Shown here: positions 26,312 through 40,914 of the stretch, one piece after another
Layout of the letters: every line of letters starts with the position of its first letter
Position numbering within the stretch: the stretch's first letter is position 1
Assembly: GCA_964016885.1 (NCBI GenBank)
Contig: OZ024743.1
Coordinates: 249,116,001-249,180,000, forward strand
Length of the DNA stretch: 64,000 nt
Direction of reading: 5' to 3'
From: Eledone cirrhosa
Taxonomy: Eukaryota
Position numbers and translations under genes: made by a program
The notes under the pieces: generated by a model
What the model was told of the DNA's origin: nothing
Database searches by the model: none
What the model saw: only the letters and a program-made list of their open reading frames with translations

Positions 26312-26442
26312 ATATATTATTTATTTTGTTCATATGTGGAACAAAAACGCTATCCAAAGTTTCCAGACACAAATTTGACCATACCTCCAGAATACAAGAG
26401 GCATCAAATTAGCGACCTTTTCTTCAGGTGCTTATACGAGTT

Positions 26443-26473
<31 letters not shown>

Positions 26474-27239
26474 GTGAGCGTGTGTATAGGTTCAAAATTG
26501 AAAACAAAAAAGACATGGTTCAGTGCTTAATTAATCCATTGTTTTATGATGGTTTCATAGGGAGTAATGAGCCCTGATATCAATATATTCCTTCACTCAT
26601 AGCAGTTATGTAACTCCATAGTATTAGCCTCAACAAAACATGTCTATCTTACTATTTATCCTCAGAGACTATGGTTTTATCATCATCTCCATCACTGTTT
26701 AACCACAGTTTCTATGCTTGCATAGGTTAGACAGGTTGTTATGTTATGAAACACGTAATGTTGAATGTGTTTTGCTTATAGGGAATTGTTTTTGCTTGGT
26801 ATCTATGGCTGGATGCCCTTCTTAACACCAACCACATTATAGTGTGTACTGGGTGCTTTTTGTTGTGGCACCATAACAACCATATAACAGAGTGGACTGA
26901 GTGCAAAACTACCTTAGAGTGTGGACAGGGTGCTTTTTTTTGTGTTACCAGCACGATCACCTTACAAGGTGGACTGAAGTCTTTTTGTTGTGTTACCAGC
27001 ACAAACACCTTAAGGGGTGGTTTAAGTGCTTCTTATCATGGCAGCAGGAATTTGCAGAGTAGGTATGGAGTGTGTTCAGCTTTCCAAGCTTGTATGCATG
27101 GGTTGGACAGGAGAGGTATATCAGGGTGTGTGGAAGACAGGGGCTGAGGTAGGAGGAAGAGGATGAAATGAGTATGCAGGCTGGGGGAGATGAGTGAGGA
27201 AGAGAGGATGGGTGAGTATTAAGATATAAGAAGGTATAT

Positions 27240-27975
27240 GGACATGAGAGGAGGAAGATTCTTGCACACTAATGTCATCAAGATGTTTGTTTCATCTTGT
27301 GCATATGGGTAGGCAGGTCTTTTGCAGTACACCATATCACCAGGCATCTCAATCCTGTGTTATCACCTTTTGAGTGGTTTAATTTGCAAGGTCAGTTTCT
27401 ATAATTTCATCCCAAGATTTCTTAGATCTTCCTCTTCTATAGTTTCCTTCAACTTCAAGCACCCTGCACCTTTTTATACAGCTGTCATACCATGGTAATC
27501 TATTTTCCAACACACTGAATCTCATTCCTCCTATGCCCAGTTTCTCTCTCAGTTCATTGATGTTTTCAGGTCATGTAGACTATACTATTACATATCAATC
27601 GGAACATGCAAGCTTTATTTCTTTCTAATCTTTGTAGGTCCTCTGCACACAACACCCAGGTCTCATTTCCATGATTAGTGTGCAACACATAGCATAAGAG
27701 AGCTGAGAGAAACATTTGGTATAAGAATAATTGTATGTAGTGTGCAAGAGAGAAGACTGCATTGGTATGGACATGTGAGTCATATGGAAGATGACAGCTG
27801 TATAAAGAAATGCAGATAAATCTCAGTGGATAGGACTCATGGAAGAGGTAGAATTAGGAAGACAATGAATGAGGTAGTGAAGACTGACCTTAAGAATTTG
27901 AATCTCACAGCAGAGATGATAAAGGACTGTAAGGATTGGCAACATACTGCACTAGAAAAGACTCGCTTACCAGCA
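27240..27975. mobile_element. two decayed RTE fragments in opposite orientation
   Basis: RRLHWYGHV...GRIRKT on + (27700-27975) and the reverse-complement equivalent at ~27240-27680. Confidence 0.65.
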
Positions 27976-29195
27976 TAAAATATAACCTGACTCATCCCCA
28001 TGCCTTCCCATGATCATAGTAAGTAACTATCCCCCCACTTACTGTGTACCCAACCTCATATTCACTCTACCTCAGAGCATTTCCACATAATTTCAATCCT
28101 AAAGCATCAATTAGAACCCCTTTGTCTCCATCCCCTTTCATCTTCTCCTTAGTAGCTGTCTACATCCTTACTGTACTCCTCTTTATTCAAGATTACCTTC
28201 TCCTACCTCCCTTCTTATCACCTTGTCAATTTACACTGCACCTATTATACAACCATGGAATACTTTCTAACATCCCCTATCACTCCTGTCAAACACACAT
28301 GACATTATACTTGTCAACCCCCAACTATGGCATACTTCTTACTCCACCTCCGTAGGGTAGGGAGGGCCCTATAGTCATGTCAATAACAACCAGCAACCTC
28401 CCTAGTGCTGGTACCAAAATAAATTGCACCCAGTACACACTGTTAAGAGATTGTTAGGAAAGGCTTCCAGCTGTAGAAACCATGCCAGAAAGAATTGAGA
28501 GGACACTCAAGTTAGAACACAGCAACTTCTCAAGTGCTGGTGCCATAAAAAATACACCCAGTATATTCTGTAGGGTGGTTGTTGATAAGAAGAGCATACA
28601 GAGTCAGGACTCTTTAGTTGTGTCATAGACATGACAAACTCCCTAATGTTGGTGCTATGATGAAATGCATCCAGTGCAGGAACATAAATGAGAAGAAGGC
28701 ACTAGCACTGTGGGAGAGCAAGTAACATGTCATGGCAGTGAACTTGAAGAAGTGAAAATAATTAAGAATTTGGAGGGATTTAACAAGACAACTGATTTTT
28801 TCATTTATACTGGTGTTTGGAGGGCAGTGAATTGGCACTATCAGTAGGTCATCAGACAATATGCTTTATGGCATATAGTTATGGACCTTTAAGTTCAGAG
28901 TTCAAATCCTGGAACTAGCTTTGTCTTTCATCATCGATAAAATAAAGCACTAGTAATGCGCTGGGGTGGATTTAATCAACTTTCCCCTTCTTTTCAAAAT
29001 TACTGGCTTTGAGCTAACTGAGGAAACAATTATTATACTAGTGTTTAGAATGCACCTTTACAAAAGAGTTTTACATAAAATGATAATGAAAGGTTTTATT
29101 TTAAACAGCAACACTTTAAATGAGATGCTTTTGTATCATGGAATCGTGGATTGTCTCAAATCCTTTAGTGTCGAAAGGGGTAAATATCTACTAAC

Positions 29196-29384
29196 CGCAG
29201 ATTGTAAAAAATCAACTTTTTGAAATGCCCTTCTTTTCAGTGTCCTCTCGTCTTTAAGGGTTCTCTTGACAGTGCTAAGGTTTTGTGAAGACGAGTGATC
29301 AGTAGTTTCTGTTGTTTTGAGAATGTGGATATAGTTTTCCTCAATAAGTTTCAGCTCATTATTTTTCCTTTTTAACTCTGCTTC
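29196..29384 (-). CDS. CCDC162-like exon (EAELKRKNNEL...ERTLKRRAFQKVDFLQSA)
   Basis: gacag acceptor, gttagt donor; 189 nt, phase 0; coiled-coil composition. Confidence 0.85.
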
Positions 29385-29949
29385 CTGTCAGTGTGAAAAC
29401 AACACAGCATTAGTGTAAAAAAAAAAAAAATGGAGAACATTGAGAAAATATGGCTGTAGTTTTGAAGGAGAGAGTAAGTTTAAATGAATCAATTACTGTA
29501 CATATTCACAGATATGTCAGTTTTTTTTACCTAAAAAACTGGTGTGACAAATTGTTTGTGACCTATCTACCAGGCCCTCCTCTAGGCTTGAACATAGAGT
29601 AAGAAATTCAATAAAAATTATATCCATGTCGGCTTTCCTAAACAGGTCAGATGACAACATCTCACTCAATATTTGGAATGGCTTCTACAGTTAGATGCTC
29701 TTCTTAATGCCAACCACTTTACAGAATGGTGCATTTTATTGTGGCATCAACACTAGATAGGTTGTCATGTCCTCGACAAGACTAAAGAGCCCTCAATACT
29801 CTTTATAATGAATACAATAACAACTACTATTTTAAGGCCAGTTTCTCTGCTAAAGCAGGAGTTGTTAGCTTTGTAGGCTCCATGACAAGCTTCATACTCA
29901 TCATGGGATCCTTTCTGTGAGAATATTTTATGGCTGGATATTCCTATAT

Positions 29950-30085
29950 ACCAGGCAGTGATATATGTTTATCATGTAGTGATATATTCTTAATAGATAG
30001 AGATACACTTTTATCAAGCAGTGATATATGTTTATTGGGCAGTGATATATGTTTATCAGATAGTGACATACTCTTATTAGGTAGG
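29950..30085. repeat. degenerate 21-bp tandem repeat
   Basis: ~6 units of GCAGTGATATATGTTTATCA-like sequence. Confidence 0.7.
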
Positions 30086-30099
30086 GATATCTTTTAACA

Positions 30100-30890
30100 G
30101 CAATGCTACATGGGCATTGCATGCAGAGGACCTGCACAGACTGGAAAGGAACGAAGCATGCATTCTCCATTGGATGTGTAATAGTAATATACGTGAAAGG
30201 CATAAATGAACTAAGTGAGAAATTAGGAATAAGAGGGATCAGATGCTGTTTACTTGAGAGAAGACTATGTTGGTATGGTCATGTGATGTGCATGAAAGAC
30301 GACAACTGTATAAAAAAGTGCAGGGCGATCAAAATTAATGGTAGTTACGGAGTAGGTAGACCCAGAAAAACCTGGGACGATATGATAAATTCCGACCTTA
30401 CACACTTGCACCTCTCTAAGACAATGTCACTGGACCGAGATCTTTGGCGCTATGCAGTAATACAGAAGACCTACCTTGCCTATGTACAATGCGAAACATA
30501 GTCAGTAGGCACCTCTTAACCAAATATACACCACAATCCACTACCCCTACCCTATCCTCCCAACATCACCCTCTCTCTGTAAAGTTGGTACCACAACATC
30601 CAGTCCAAATAAATGAGATAATGAGATCGAGATTGTGTAGGTGTCACGACAAAAAAACACAGTCCACGCTGTAATGTGGCCATGTAGGTAATACGGTAAA
30701 AAGTTCCCAGTTCCACACTGTAAATGTGGTTGGTGTTAGGAAGGGCATCCAGCCGTAGAAAACCTGCCAGATAGTCCTATATGAGCGAGACACGGTCACC
30801 CGACCAACCTTGACTCAAGTGGGACAACTCCTGTCTAACCCATACTAGCGTGGAAGATAGACGTTAAACGAAGATGATGATGATGATGAT
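30100..30890 (+). mobile_element. RTE LINE 3' fragment
   Basis: GIRCCLLERRLCWYGHV...GRPRKTWDDMINSDL; 3' UTR and (GAT)n tail. Confidence 0.88.
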
Positions 30891-30986
30891 GTGTAGGTTG
30901 GAAACAAGAGAGTGAAATGAAATCTTAATAACAAACTAAAGCCCTCTATTCCCTATACAACAAGATAAACTAAAACATGGTCTTAC

Positions 30987-31082
30987 CAGTTTATTTATTT
31001 GTTCCTGTTTCAAATTTTCTATATGTTGTTTGAACTGATTGCTCTGCTGTAGCTTGTACATATTCTGTTCTTTTTCATTTAA
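30987..31082 (-). CDS. CCDC162-like exon (LNEKEQNMYKLQQ...QINKL)
   Basis: ccgtag acceptor, gtaaga donor; 96 nt, phase 0. Confidence 0.82.
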
Positions 31083-32134
31083 CTACGGTTAATAAGAGCA
31101 TTCATCAGGATACATATGTATACACATATTTAAGAAAGTTTCTAAAATGCATTCTTATGGTAGACTATCAACCTTAATAATATGCCACATGTTTTTTCTG
31201 TTTCGCCCAACAAATGCAAACAGTAAATTAGATGTAAAATGGTACCACACTCACTCACTCACTCACTTCATAGTAATCTTAATTATTTGAGCATTAAATT
31301 ATCACTGATTAAAGAATACTCATCAGATATCTATTGTGAGTGTGGGTAGATTTTCTGTAGTGGATACCCCATGTTGTTATATTTGTCATAACCCAGTGAC
31401 TCAAACATAGATTCACAAATTGGCAATTTACTTTTGTTCACAGACGTCTAGCCCCAGACAAGCTGGTGTCAACAGATATGACTACATCATCTCCTTTCAG
31501 ACCAATCAACTGTCACAATTCATCTGCCTAGATGTGCTGATGTCAACAGATGTGTCTGCATCATCAACTTTCAGAGCAATCAGCTAGTGTACCTATTTAC
31601 CAACAAATCTTCCTATGTCATCACCATTCAGACCACTCAGCAACTTTGACCAATGCTATATTGACAGTGGTCTCAGCTCACTCAGAAGAAAGGCTTAACA
31701 GGCAAAGCTAACAGTATTCTTTTTATCAGCACCCCAAGCTAGACAATTGGCCAGAGAAACAATACAACAAAACTTGGATTTTCCATAGTCAACAGTTTCC
31801 ATGTATTGTACAGTATGTTTTCTTATACCAGTGTGTAAACCTTCCTCACACTATGCTGATGCACTGTACACACATGCATGTGTGTATATGTATTTTCACT
31901 CAAATGTGTGTAAGAGATGGCAAGCTGAATAGATCTGTTTTTCTTAAAGAAATTTTTTTCTGTTTTTGCCATTGCTTACTCTCCTCTATCCTTTTATTTC
32001 TTCTTTATTTCTCATTCTATTTTCTGATGAAGAACTAGCGTCTGAAATGTTAAGCACTTTTCCTACTATATCAAGCACAAAAATAACATATTTCTTTATT
32101 GTACTGTGTCTTTTGCTATGCTATTTATGTTTTC

Positions 32135-32175
<41 letters not shown>

Positions 32176-32434
32176 CAACAAAAAATTTGTAAAACAGTGT
32201 TCGTTTACATCTCAGTGACATCCACTCCTTTGAATCTATTTTTAATATTTGTTTTTTTTTGTGTATTCCTCTTTTAGTCCTGTCTGTCTGTCTGTCTCTC
32301 ATTCTCTAGTACACATACTCTTACCATCTCCTTTCCAGTGTGACACACTCTTTACATCACCAACTTTAATATAATAGATATATAGAAACTTGCCTTTGAA
32401 GAAAACTAGTAATTGATATATGTAAAATGTTTAC

Positions 32435-32605
32435 CTCAACATCAAGTTTGTTTTTAACTGCAGAATATTCCTTGAATAAAACAGCTAATTCTTTCCTGAG
32501 GGCAGTTAATTGTTGCTTTAATAATTTGGTTTCTTCTGTTGTTAACTGGTTTATTTCAAAATTTTCTTTCTTTAGTTTTTCCACTTCTTTGATTAGGGAA
32601 TTAAC
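32435..32605 (-). CDS. CCDC162-like exon (VNSLIKEVEKL...KLDVE)
   Basis: aag acceptor, gtaaac donor; 171 nt; heptad-rich. Confidence 0.8.
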
Positions 32606-34014
32606 CTTTGTTAAATAAAGTGCAGTCATTCAACCTTAAGCATGAAGATACATGAACACAAGTATTTAATGCTGAAAACATTTATAATGTCATAATAGGA
32701 ATTTCTTTGAAATTTGCATTTTCGATTAGATTATATAAAGAATTATTTGAATATTATATTCATTTGATAAATGTGAACTAGACAAAAAAAAATAAAATAC
32801 AAGTGAACTTCCATCAGTTTTGCTGATGAGTGTTTCAGTTCAGTCAATGGAACAGGCTACCTATTAAATTTACAAACTTGGGAACATACTAGTGCATTTC
32901 TTTAAACTAAAGTTTTCCAGACTTTTCACATTAGCAATATGCTTTTTAAAAATGAAATGTTTCAATGCACATTAATTAAATTTTGTTAGTGACACAGAAT
33001 TAATGAAATCAATAAACAAACCATTAAATCTATCATGTGTTGCCAGTTATATGTCTAATTGTACACAAAGTTGTTAGATCTCAGTCAAAACATCATAAAA
33101 ATTGATAATATTTTACTGAATGGTGTGACACACCTAGAGATTTCGGTGAAAAAATAAGTGTTTACAGCACATAGTTTGGAAAGTTCTGCCTTAAAGGATG
33201 ATAAGGTAGTGGTTCTATTTCCAGTGGTAAATCTGTAGTGAGGATAGTAAAAATTGTTTGTTGTTGGTATACCAACATTCTGCCATATTTATTTAATTTC
33301 AAATTGATACATTGTTTCCCTGTATAATAGGAGACTAAAAGAGTTGGCATCAGGAAAGGAATTCAACTATAAAACACTGCCTCAAAGAGAAACCTAAGAG
33401 CCCACATGACCAAACCCAGTTCTAACAGGAAATATAACAATAGAATGCTTGAAGATTGGTATACCATCATAAAAAGTAGAGAAAAAAATCAATCAGTTTT
33501 ATCTATTCAATTATTGATAATATCTACTAGCTTGATATCAGCCTTGCTTGATACATTACTATAGATGCATTAACCCTTTTGATACCAAACCACCTGAAAT
33601 CAACCCTGATTCTTGGATACAACACTTTTTATTTTAAAGCATTTATATTTATCTAAACACTTTTCATTGTAATTTTATGTAAGAACACTTAAGTTAATGA
33701 AATGGAGAGGAAAAGGGGTGGGGTGGAAAACTCTACACCACAACCTAGGTGGTATATTTCAGCTGTATCCTGTGGATAAGATAGCAACGGCATTGCCATG
33801 GAGAACAACCAGTGACACCTACAGCATCAGCCCCCCCCCCGCCCCACACACACACGCACAAGGTTTCTTTCTCAAGCCAAATGCACATCTCCCATTTTTC
33901 AGAGGAAAATATCAGTTTAGGGACTGAAGACACCAAAGATCTCAATGGTGACTACAATTAAAAGGAAGCAGCCAGTATTTGGATGATAGGTTATAGAACA
34001 TAAACATAAACAGT

Positions 34015-35457
34015 AAAGAGATAGGCAGAGAGAAAGAAGTTGAAAAATAGAATAAACAACCTATCTCATTTGATTTTTGTTCTCACTGTTGGTTAACAGT
34101 GATTAGTTTCATTGAAATAGAAACAAAACCACAAATATTCCAAACCACAGTTGGTTTGTTTTGTTTTTAAAGTTAATTTATACCAAGAATATGATTTACA
34201 AAAGAAAAAAAAAGAAAAAATGTCAGGAAAAAGAGAAAACATGCACATCGAATTACATACTTCAACCAGGTACACTGGTGTTGTCCCCAAACATTTTTTA
34301 GTAACCCAAAACACTGCAGGGAATAAGGAAGCTGAAGTGCTGGGATTATTTTTATAAACATAAATAGACATAGGAGTGATACATGCATAAAGATATATTC
34401 ACACACACACACAATGGGTATCTTTACAGTTTCTGCCTGCCAAATTTCCCTCATATGGCTATAGTAGCAGACACCTTTCCAAAATGCTACACAGTGGGAC
34501 TAAAATTGAAGCCACATAATTGCGAAGCAAACTTCTTAACCACACAGCCATGTAAGTGCCTCTGATGATCTGATAAATGAACAAATGGAAAGATGAAGGA
34601 ATATTAACTGTTTTCATATAATTTGCTTGATTATAGTTTCGATGCCAAACATTAATTGTCCGCAGTTTCGAAACCATCATGTTCAGTTCATTATTTTCAG
34701 AGTGTAGTTCACGTATTTCTTCAGATTGTTTCAGATTATTCTGCATTGATGAATAACCTGGAAGCAGAAATGATATCAGAAAAATGAAGAAATCAAATAA
34801 TCAAGCAATATTGTTTGTCAGCAGTGTAATTATGATAAAAAGTCAGATATACTTAGAAGAAACCCTCTGTTGGTCATGACTAACCAAGGGTTTGTACCTG
34901 GAAAGTTCCTCTCCATGGGGCAAGTTTGGGCAGGGTGTTTTTGTGGAAAATCAGCAGTTGGCCATGCATATAATCCATTGAACCCCAAGGAAAATGCAAA
35001 GGCTGATACAGCTTGGCATCAGTGTCATTACAACTCATTTTCTTTTAGCTGAGCGGATTGGAGCAATATGAAATAAAGTGTACTGTTCAGTCCAGGAATC
35101 GAAGTCCTGACCTTACAATTGTGAGCCCAGCACCCTAACCCCTAAGCCATGCACCTTCATGGATATAGTTAACTTAGTTAACTATTCCAACACTTCAGCT
35201 TCATTATCCCCTGCAGTAATGTTGTGAGTGTTTGGGGTTTTTTCCTGACATTTTTATTGATTTGTTTCTTTTGTAAATCATATTCTTGGTATAAATTAAC
35301 TTTAAAAACAAAACAAACCAACTGTGGTTTGGAATATTTGTGGTTTTGTTTCTATTTCAATGAAACTAATCACTGTTAACCAACAGTGAGAACAGAATAC
35401 AAATGAGATAGGTTGTTTATTCTATTTTTCAACTTCTTTCTTTCTGTCTATCTCTTT
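34015..35457. repeat. long inverted repeat (arms ~34015-34345 and ~35185-35457) flanking one exon
   Basis: For example TTCTCACTGTTGGTTAACAGTGATTAGTTTCATTG on the left is matched by its reverse complement on the right; the core is nearly uninterrupted over ~130 bp. Confidence 0.92.
34609..34757 (-). CDS. CCDC162-like exon (YSSMQNNLKQSEEIRELHSEN...NYMKT)
   Basis: ttccag acceptor, weak gttaat donor; phase 1 to 0. Confidence 0.75.
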
Positions 35458-35948
35458 GAATAAAAAAAAAAGTGAATAACACATTATCATCATCTTTTTT
35501 ATATCAGTTTCCCCATACTATCATGGATTGGAAAACATCTTTACTGGTAGGTGTATTTCTATTATACCAATCTATACCTAATTCTAAGTATAGTATAATG
35601 GTATAAGTTGTTAATGTTATTGAATTGTAAATGATAAAAATAACCCAGTATATACTGTAAAGTGATGGTGCTGGTGCCATGATCAAATTCACCCACTATA
35701 CTCTGTAAAGTGGTTGGCATTAAGAAGGACATTAAGTCATAGAAATCATGCCAAAAGATGCTACAAATGAGCAAAACGTGAACATCCAACCTGTCTTGTT
35801 TCAGAAAGTGACAATCTAAACAACTCATGCCAACATAGGAAATGGACATAAAATAATAATAATTAAGATGATCATGATGATAATGATGATGTTAATTAGA
35901 AAATGGATGTTTAATAGGACATTTGAAATATAAAGATAATAGTCTTAC

Positions 35949-36049
35949 CTTTTGTAGATACAGCTTTACTACTAATTTTTTCCATTGCTTCAATAGCCTC
36001 TCTGCGAACCTCAGAGATAATGTTCAACACATCCTCATGCAAATCAATT
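35949..36049 (-). CDS. CCDC162-like exon (IDLHEDVLNIISEVRREAIEAMEKI...)
   Basis: gctag acceptor, gtaaga donor; phase 2 to 1. Confidence 0.85.
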
Positions 36050-37230
36050 CTAGCAAATGTTGAACAGAGAAAACATGGTAATAGTCTATACATTATGAAG
36101 CAAATTAGCTAGTGTAACTACACCTATTTACATATGTCACCACTCCTTCAACCCAATTTTTACAGAATAGGGTACAGCACATTGATAGCACAACGCTCCA
36201 TTTCTGTTTTTTTTAAAGAGATCCTAACCTCGAAATTATAATACAAATGTAATTATAAGGTAAAAATGTAAATTATTGTTCTGATTTGTTTTTCTTATTT
36301 TACTCTATTTTTAAATTTTGCATTTCTAATTCATATTGTATTGGCTTTACCAAAGTAATTATAACTTTATGGAGTTATGATCACAATTGGGCAAAGGTAT
36401 TTCAGGGGCAGTGGAAGCATTTCAGAATGGGGGTGGTGGTGAAATTTGGTAAATTTAGTTGTAGTGATTAGTTTATCTGTTATTATCAAATATCAATGCA
36501 GATATAAAAAACTTTGATATGCGATAAACAATACATGTACATAAATTGTAGCGCATATATAAATAGATGTGAAATTTGGTAGTTTGGGGAGAAAATATAA
36601 TTATTGAAAGGGGGAGGGGGAGGGCATTCCTCCCCCAATTCCACCGTCCATGTATTTGCATCAAGTTACCAACTGAGATCACTCTTTCTTCTTTTTTTTA
36701 TGTGTTTCAGTCAGTAAACTGAAGTAGTTCATGGTTTCAAACTCCAATTGTGACCCAGCTGTTCTAAACTGTTATCAACTAACCAATACCATTATATGTT
36801 GACCTTTTCATTTGTGGAAAAATTAAAATTGAAAATGATGATGATGATTGTCATCTTCATTTTTATGTCCCTTTTTACCATGCTTCAATAGGTTGGGGTG
36901 ATACTTTTTCAGACAGGTTTTCAATGGCTGGATGCCTTTCCTGACACCAACCCATATTATAGTTTTTAAGCATGGTGTAGATAGCTAACATTCATTGAAC
37001 TCTTGGTGTTTATATAAAGTGTTGATATGATATTTAATGGTGTCTGGCACACACACACACACATATATATATGTATGTGATAGGCTTTCTTCCAGTTTCT
37101 CGTAACCAACCTCAACCACAAGGCATTGGTTGGCTCAAAACTATAGTACATGTTTCTTGATTTAATATAGATGGAAAACTAACTAGAGAGCAATGACTTA
37201 GTTATCATGGATCATGTACTTCAAATCCAT

Positions 37231-37352
37231 AGAAGCAGAAGAAGAAGAAGAAAAAGAAAAAGAAGAAGAAGAAGAAGAAGCAGAAGAAGAAGAAGAAGAA
37301 GAAAAAGAAAAAGAAGAAGAAAAAGAAGAAGAAGAAGAAGAAGAAGAAGAAG
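37231..37352. repeat. (AAG)n microsatellite
   Basis: Directly visible. Confidence 0.95.
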
Positions 37353-38448
37353 ACTGTCACTGTCACCAGTCATGATCTCAAAAATATTTTTTAGTTATTC
37401 ATAATAACTAATCACATTTGAATTATTTTGTACCAACAAGTATTTTAAGGCCATTTTCCATGCGAACATAGGGGTTAGCCTTGTGGAGCCTATGACAATC
37501 TTTATACTTATCATGGGGTCCTTTTTGAGGGGATGATTTATGGCTGGCTGTTCTTGATATCAACCCTTTTAGTTACTTCTTACAACACACAGAGGTATAG
37601 TGTATCTATTATACACTGGATATCCATGGTAAAATTGAGAATATGCAGTGATAACAACAAATAAATAAAGAAGGAAATTGGAATCAATTATCATCATCAT
37701 CATTTAATGTCCATTTTGCCAACTGACGAGGTTTGGACGGGTCATTACACACCATGCCAGTACTTTATCAGAGGTACTGATCTCTCAGACAAGCTGATGG
37801 CTGAAATTATTGTCTAGTATAAGTGCTACAAATGACTATCTTGATATTAAACAGTTTGTATTTATTATTTCTTGGTGGATTGGCAGTATCGGTAGAGGGT
37901 CGGACACTATACTTTGCAGCATAGTTATCTCCCTTTATGGTCTGAGTTCAAATCCTGTTGAGGTTAACTTTGCCTTTTATCCTTACGGGGTCGATAAAAT
38001 AAAGTACCAGTAATGCATGGGATAATTGCTGGCTTTGTGCCAAAAGTAGAAACAATTATTTCTTGGCTCACAGTATATTTTGTGACATGCCTAGAGATTA
38101 TTCATGGCACACTAATGTGTTAAAACACACAGTAAGACAACCTCTGCATCAACCACTTAATCTTTCACTGCCAAACCATATGAAATAACCCTTGGCTTTA
38201 CAATACAAAGTTGTTTATTTTTAAAGTATTTATATTTATCTAAACATTTTCCATCATAATTTTATATAATAACCTTTAAGTAACACCAGCTTAATAATGA
38301 GAAAGTTTGTTACATTACCAAATCCCTTCAAATTCTTGATTATTTTCAAAATTATTTGAAAATCATAGGCACTGTCTTTTATTAAAAATATGTTAATGAA
38401 AAGGTAAAACATACACCTTTACTGAAATACATAAAGACTATACAATAC

Positions 38449-38605
38449 CTGAATGCATCAAACTTCTCTCTGAGATGAATGGATGCTCTGAATAAATCTT
38501 CAATAAGATTGCTGTATTCAGTTTTCACTTCATTGCGAACCTCTATATTTCTTTGTTCATTGCTAATCTCAGTTCTAGTAATTCTTGAACGAATTGCTGT
38601 TATTT
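38449..38605 (-). CDS. CCDC162-like exon (ITAIRSRI...EVKTEYSNLIEDLF...KFDAF)
   Basis: ctttag acceptor, gtattg donor; phase 1 to 2; resembles the EITALR...EV..EY..LV..LF pattern recalled for CCDC162. Confidence 0.87.
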
Positions 38606-39789
38606 CTAAAGTCAGAAAACAAAAGAAACATTTGGTTATAAATTTCTAATACATTATTTAGATTTGAACAGATTTCTTTAAAGATATGAACTACAAAATG
38701 AACTATAGGATGTTATGAGAAATGTCTCATATGAGCAAGTCATGTCTTGTCTTTTCTTGGACTGTGACAACCCATTCAACCCATGCCAATATGGAAAAAT
38801 GGATATAAAATGATGTTGATGATGAAAGGGGTCTGTGTTTTGTTTGAAATATATAAGTTGTATTCCTGGTAGAGATATGAATATAAAAGAAAGTGATATA
38901 AACTCATTATACTTTTCTGTTCAAGTCATTCTTCACTGTTTCATACCCACATTTACACCATGCTAACCATTAAACTTAAACTGAACCAAAAAATATACCA
39001 AATGGAATTTTAACTATGCCATGGGCATAACCATTTAATATCATTGGGTCTTCAGGTTGGTGGATTGGTAGAATTGGTAGAGCATCAAACAAAGTGTTTT
39101 GAGTGATTTTGAATTCCACCAAGGTCAACTTTTCCTTTTATCCTTCCAGGGTTGACAAAATAAAAAAAAGAGTCAAGTACTGAAATTGATATAACTGACA
39201 GATTTCTGTCCCTAAATCTATGGCTTTGTGATTAATTTATAATTTAATATCATTTGGTCACTCTTAATAAACATTAATAGGGCTAATAAAACATGATAGT
39301 GCTATTCTTTCTTTCTGAGAGGAAAAATAAAAGTTAGTGACTTAAGATAATGTCTGGAATAGATTGAGGTCTTTTTCATGCCTAGAAACTCACCAGGCCA
39401 GATAACTAGACTTATCCCAGTTTTATGTGAGATTAAGTGATTCATAGAACAAAATTCCAATTTGAACAGGGCAGAAGGCATCACAAAGTTAACCACAGCT
39501 GCTACTGGTGATCATTTTTTCAGTTGAATGGACTGGAACAATGGAAAATGTACCACTCAGTTGAGAAATGTATCAAGCCTAATTAATTTTAAACCAAACA
39601 AAATGTATTTTTAAGTGAAATACAGGATTATTATATATGTGTATATACACATGACAGGCTTCATACAGATTGTGCATTCTCTCACACAGCATTGCTTTTC
39701 TATGTGTGTGTGTGTATTGTTGGTGCATTTGGTGTGTGTATGTATAAGAACATACCAAAAATATGAGAAAGAGTACTCAAACATCACAA

Positions 39790-39990
39790 CCCCAATGATA
39801 TGAGTCTGGACAGTGTGGGAGAACATTCTCTGACATGCAGAATTCCAGGTGCAAGCCACTTCGTGGTCTCAGCAGATAGAATAGAGAAAGCATTGTCCCA
39901 GAGGATAATGAGGGGGACGCATTGAAATAGCCCTTTTTACTCACAAGGCAGTTGGTCAACTCTGACCTGAGAGTAGGGAGTACAGAGGTG
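39790..39990 (-). mobile_element. CRE/RLE-type non-LTR retrotransposon 3' remnant
   Basis: Minus-strand LFQCVPLIILWDNAFSILSA resembles the LFQRIS.AIQRGNA..I terminus; related copy at ~49128-49340. Confidence 0.45.
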
Positions 39991-40914
39991 GAACAAAGAC
40001 CAAGTCTCCACCGTTACAAGTTTAGCAACAATCCTATTCAAAAGCAGCTGTAGTGACCTACATTCTGATGGCTCTTGAATACATTCTCCATACGTTGTTT
40101 GGCTCAGTTCAGCCAATCGCTATCAGTGTAGGAAAATGTATTTCAACTTCTGCCGAAAGGGAAAAATTCCCGCTTCCCTTCAAAAATCTCTCTCTTTGAA
40201 TCTCGTCACCACAAGGTAAACATCTCTTGATTTTGCTCAACAAACTTTCCAAAATGTAACCATAAACAATTACCGGTGCCGTGGCTTCTAACTTTAGCCA
40301 TAGGTCTGCATATTCTTTTACAGCATCTTAATTTGTTTTATTTCATTTCTTATGACATGTCAACACAGCTAACTCAACTTCTCATCTTTGTAAATAAATT
40401 ATATATCAAAAAACGTTGTAATGCCTTATGATGATATTTGCCACAACATTCCCTTAGACTGCTTCGGTTACTCTCTGTGATACAATACACATACAATACA
40501 TACATTCTCAACACTCTCTATTAACTCTCTCAATTAACTAACAACAAAAATAACATCTTCTAAGCAGCCAACACTTCAACAGCTTGCAATCTTTATCTTG
40601 CCAGGTAACAAAGCCTGGATCTGTTACCAAACGCACCAGTTTGCTACTGGAGAAAGTGTAGCTGAATGTTGCATCCCTGATGAAGGGATTACCTCTGCAA
40701 AACGGGAAGATTGCAATGCTACATGGCCTTCTGCCATCCTCTGGGTCTTACCCCTCTGGCTCCAGTTGCAAAGGGAAGTTGGTGTATCTAAGCTATGCTT
40801 AACTATCTCATAGAGATGCCATGCCTCTTATATCAACATCTGAAATTTCAATCAATGAAAAAACAAAACAAAAAGAAAAAACAATGCTAAACAAGTGTTC
40901 ACATAGACACTGAC

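Noticed and set aside
31970-32045. Candidate extra minus-strand exon after a tttcag acceptor
   Set aside because: Stops in all three frames, and the flanking exons already join in phase.
40080-40830. Possible DNA-transposon or RLE-LINE remnants
   Set aside because: No termini or clear protein motifs identifiable by eye.
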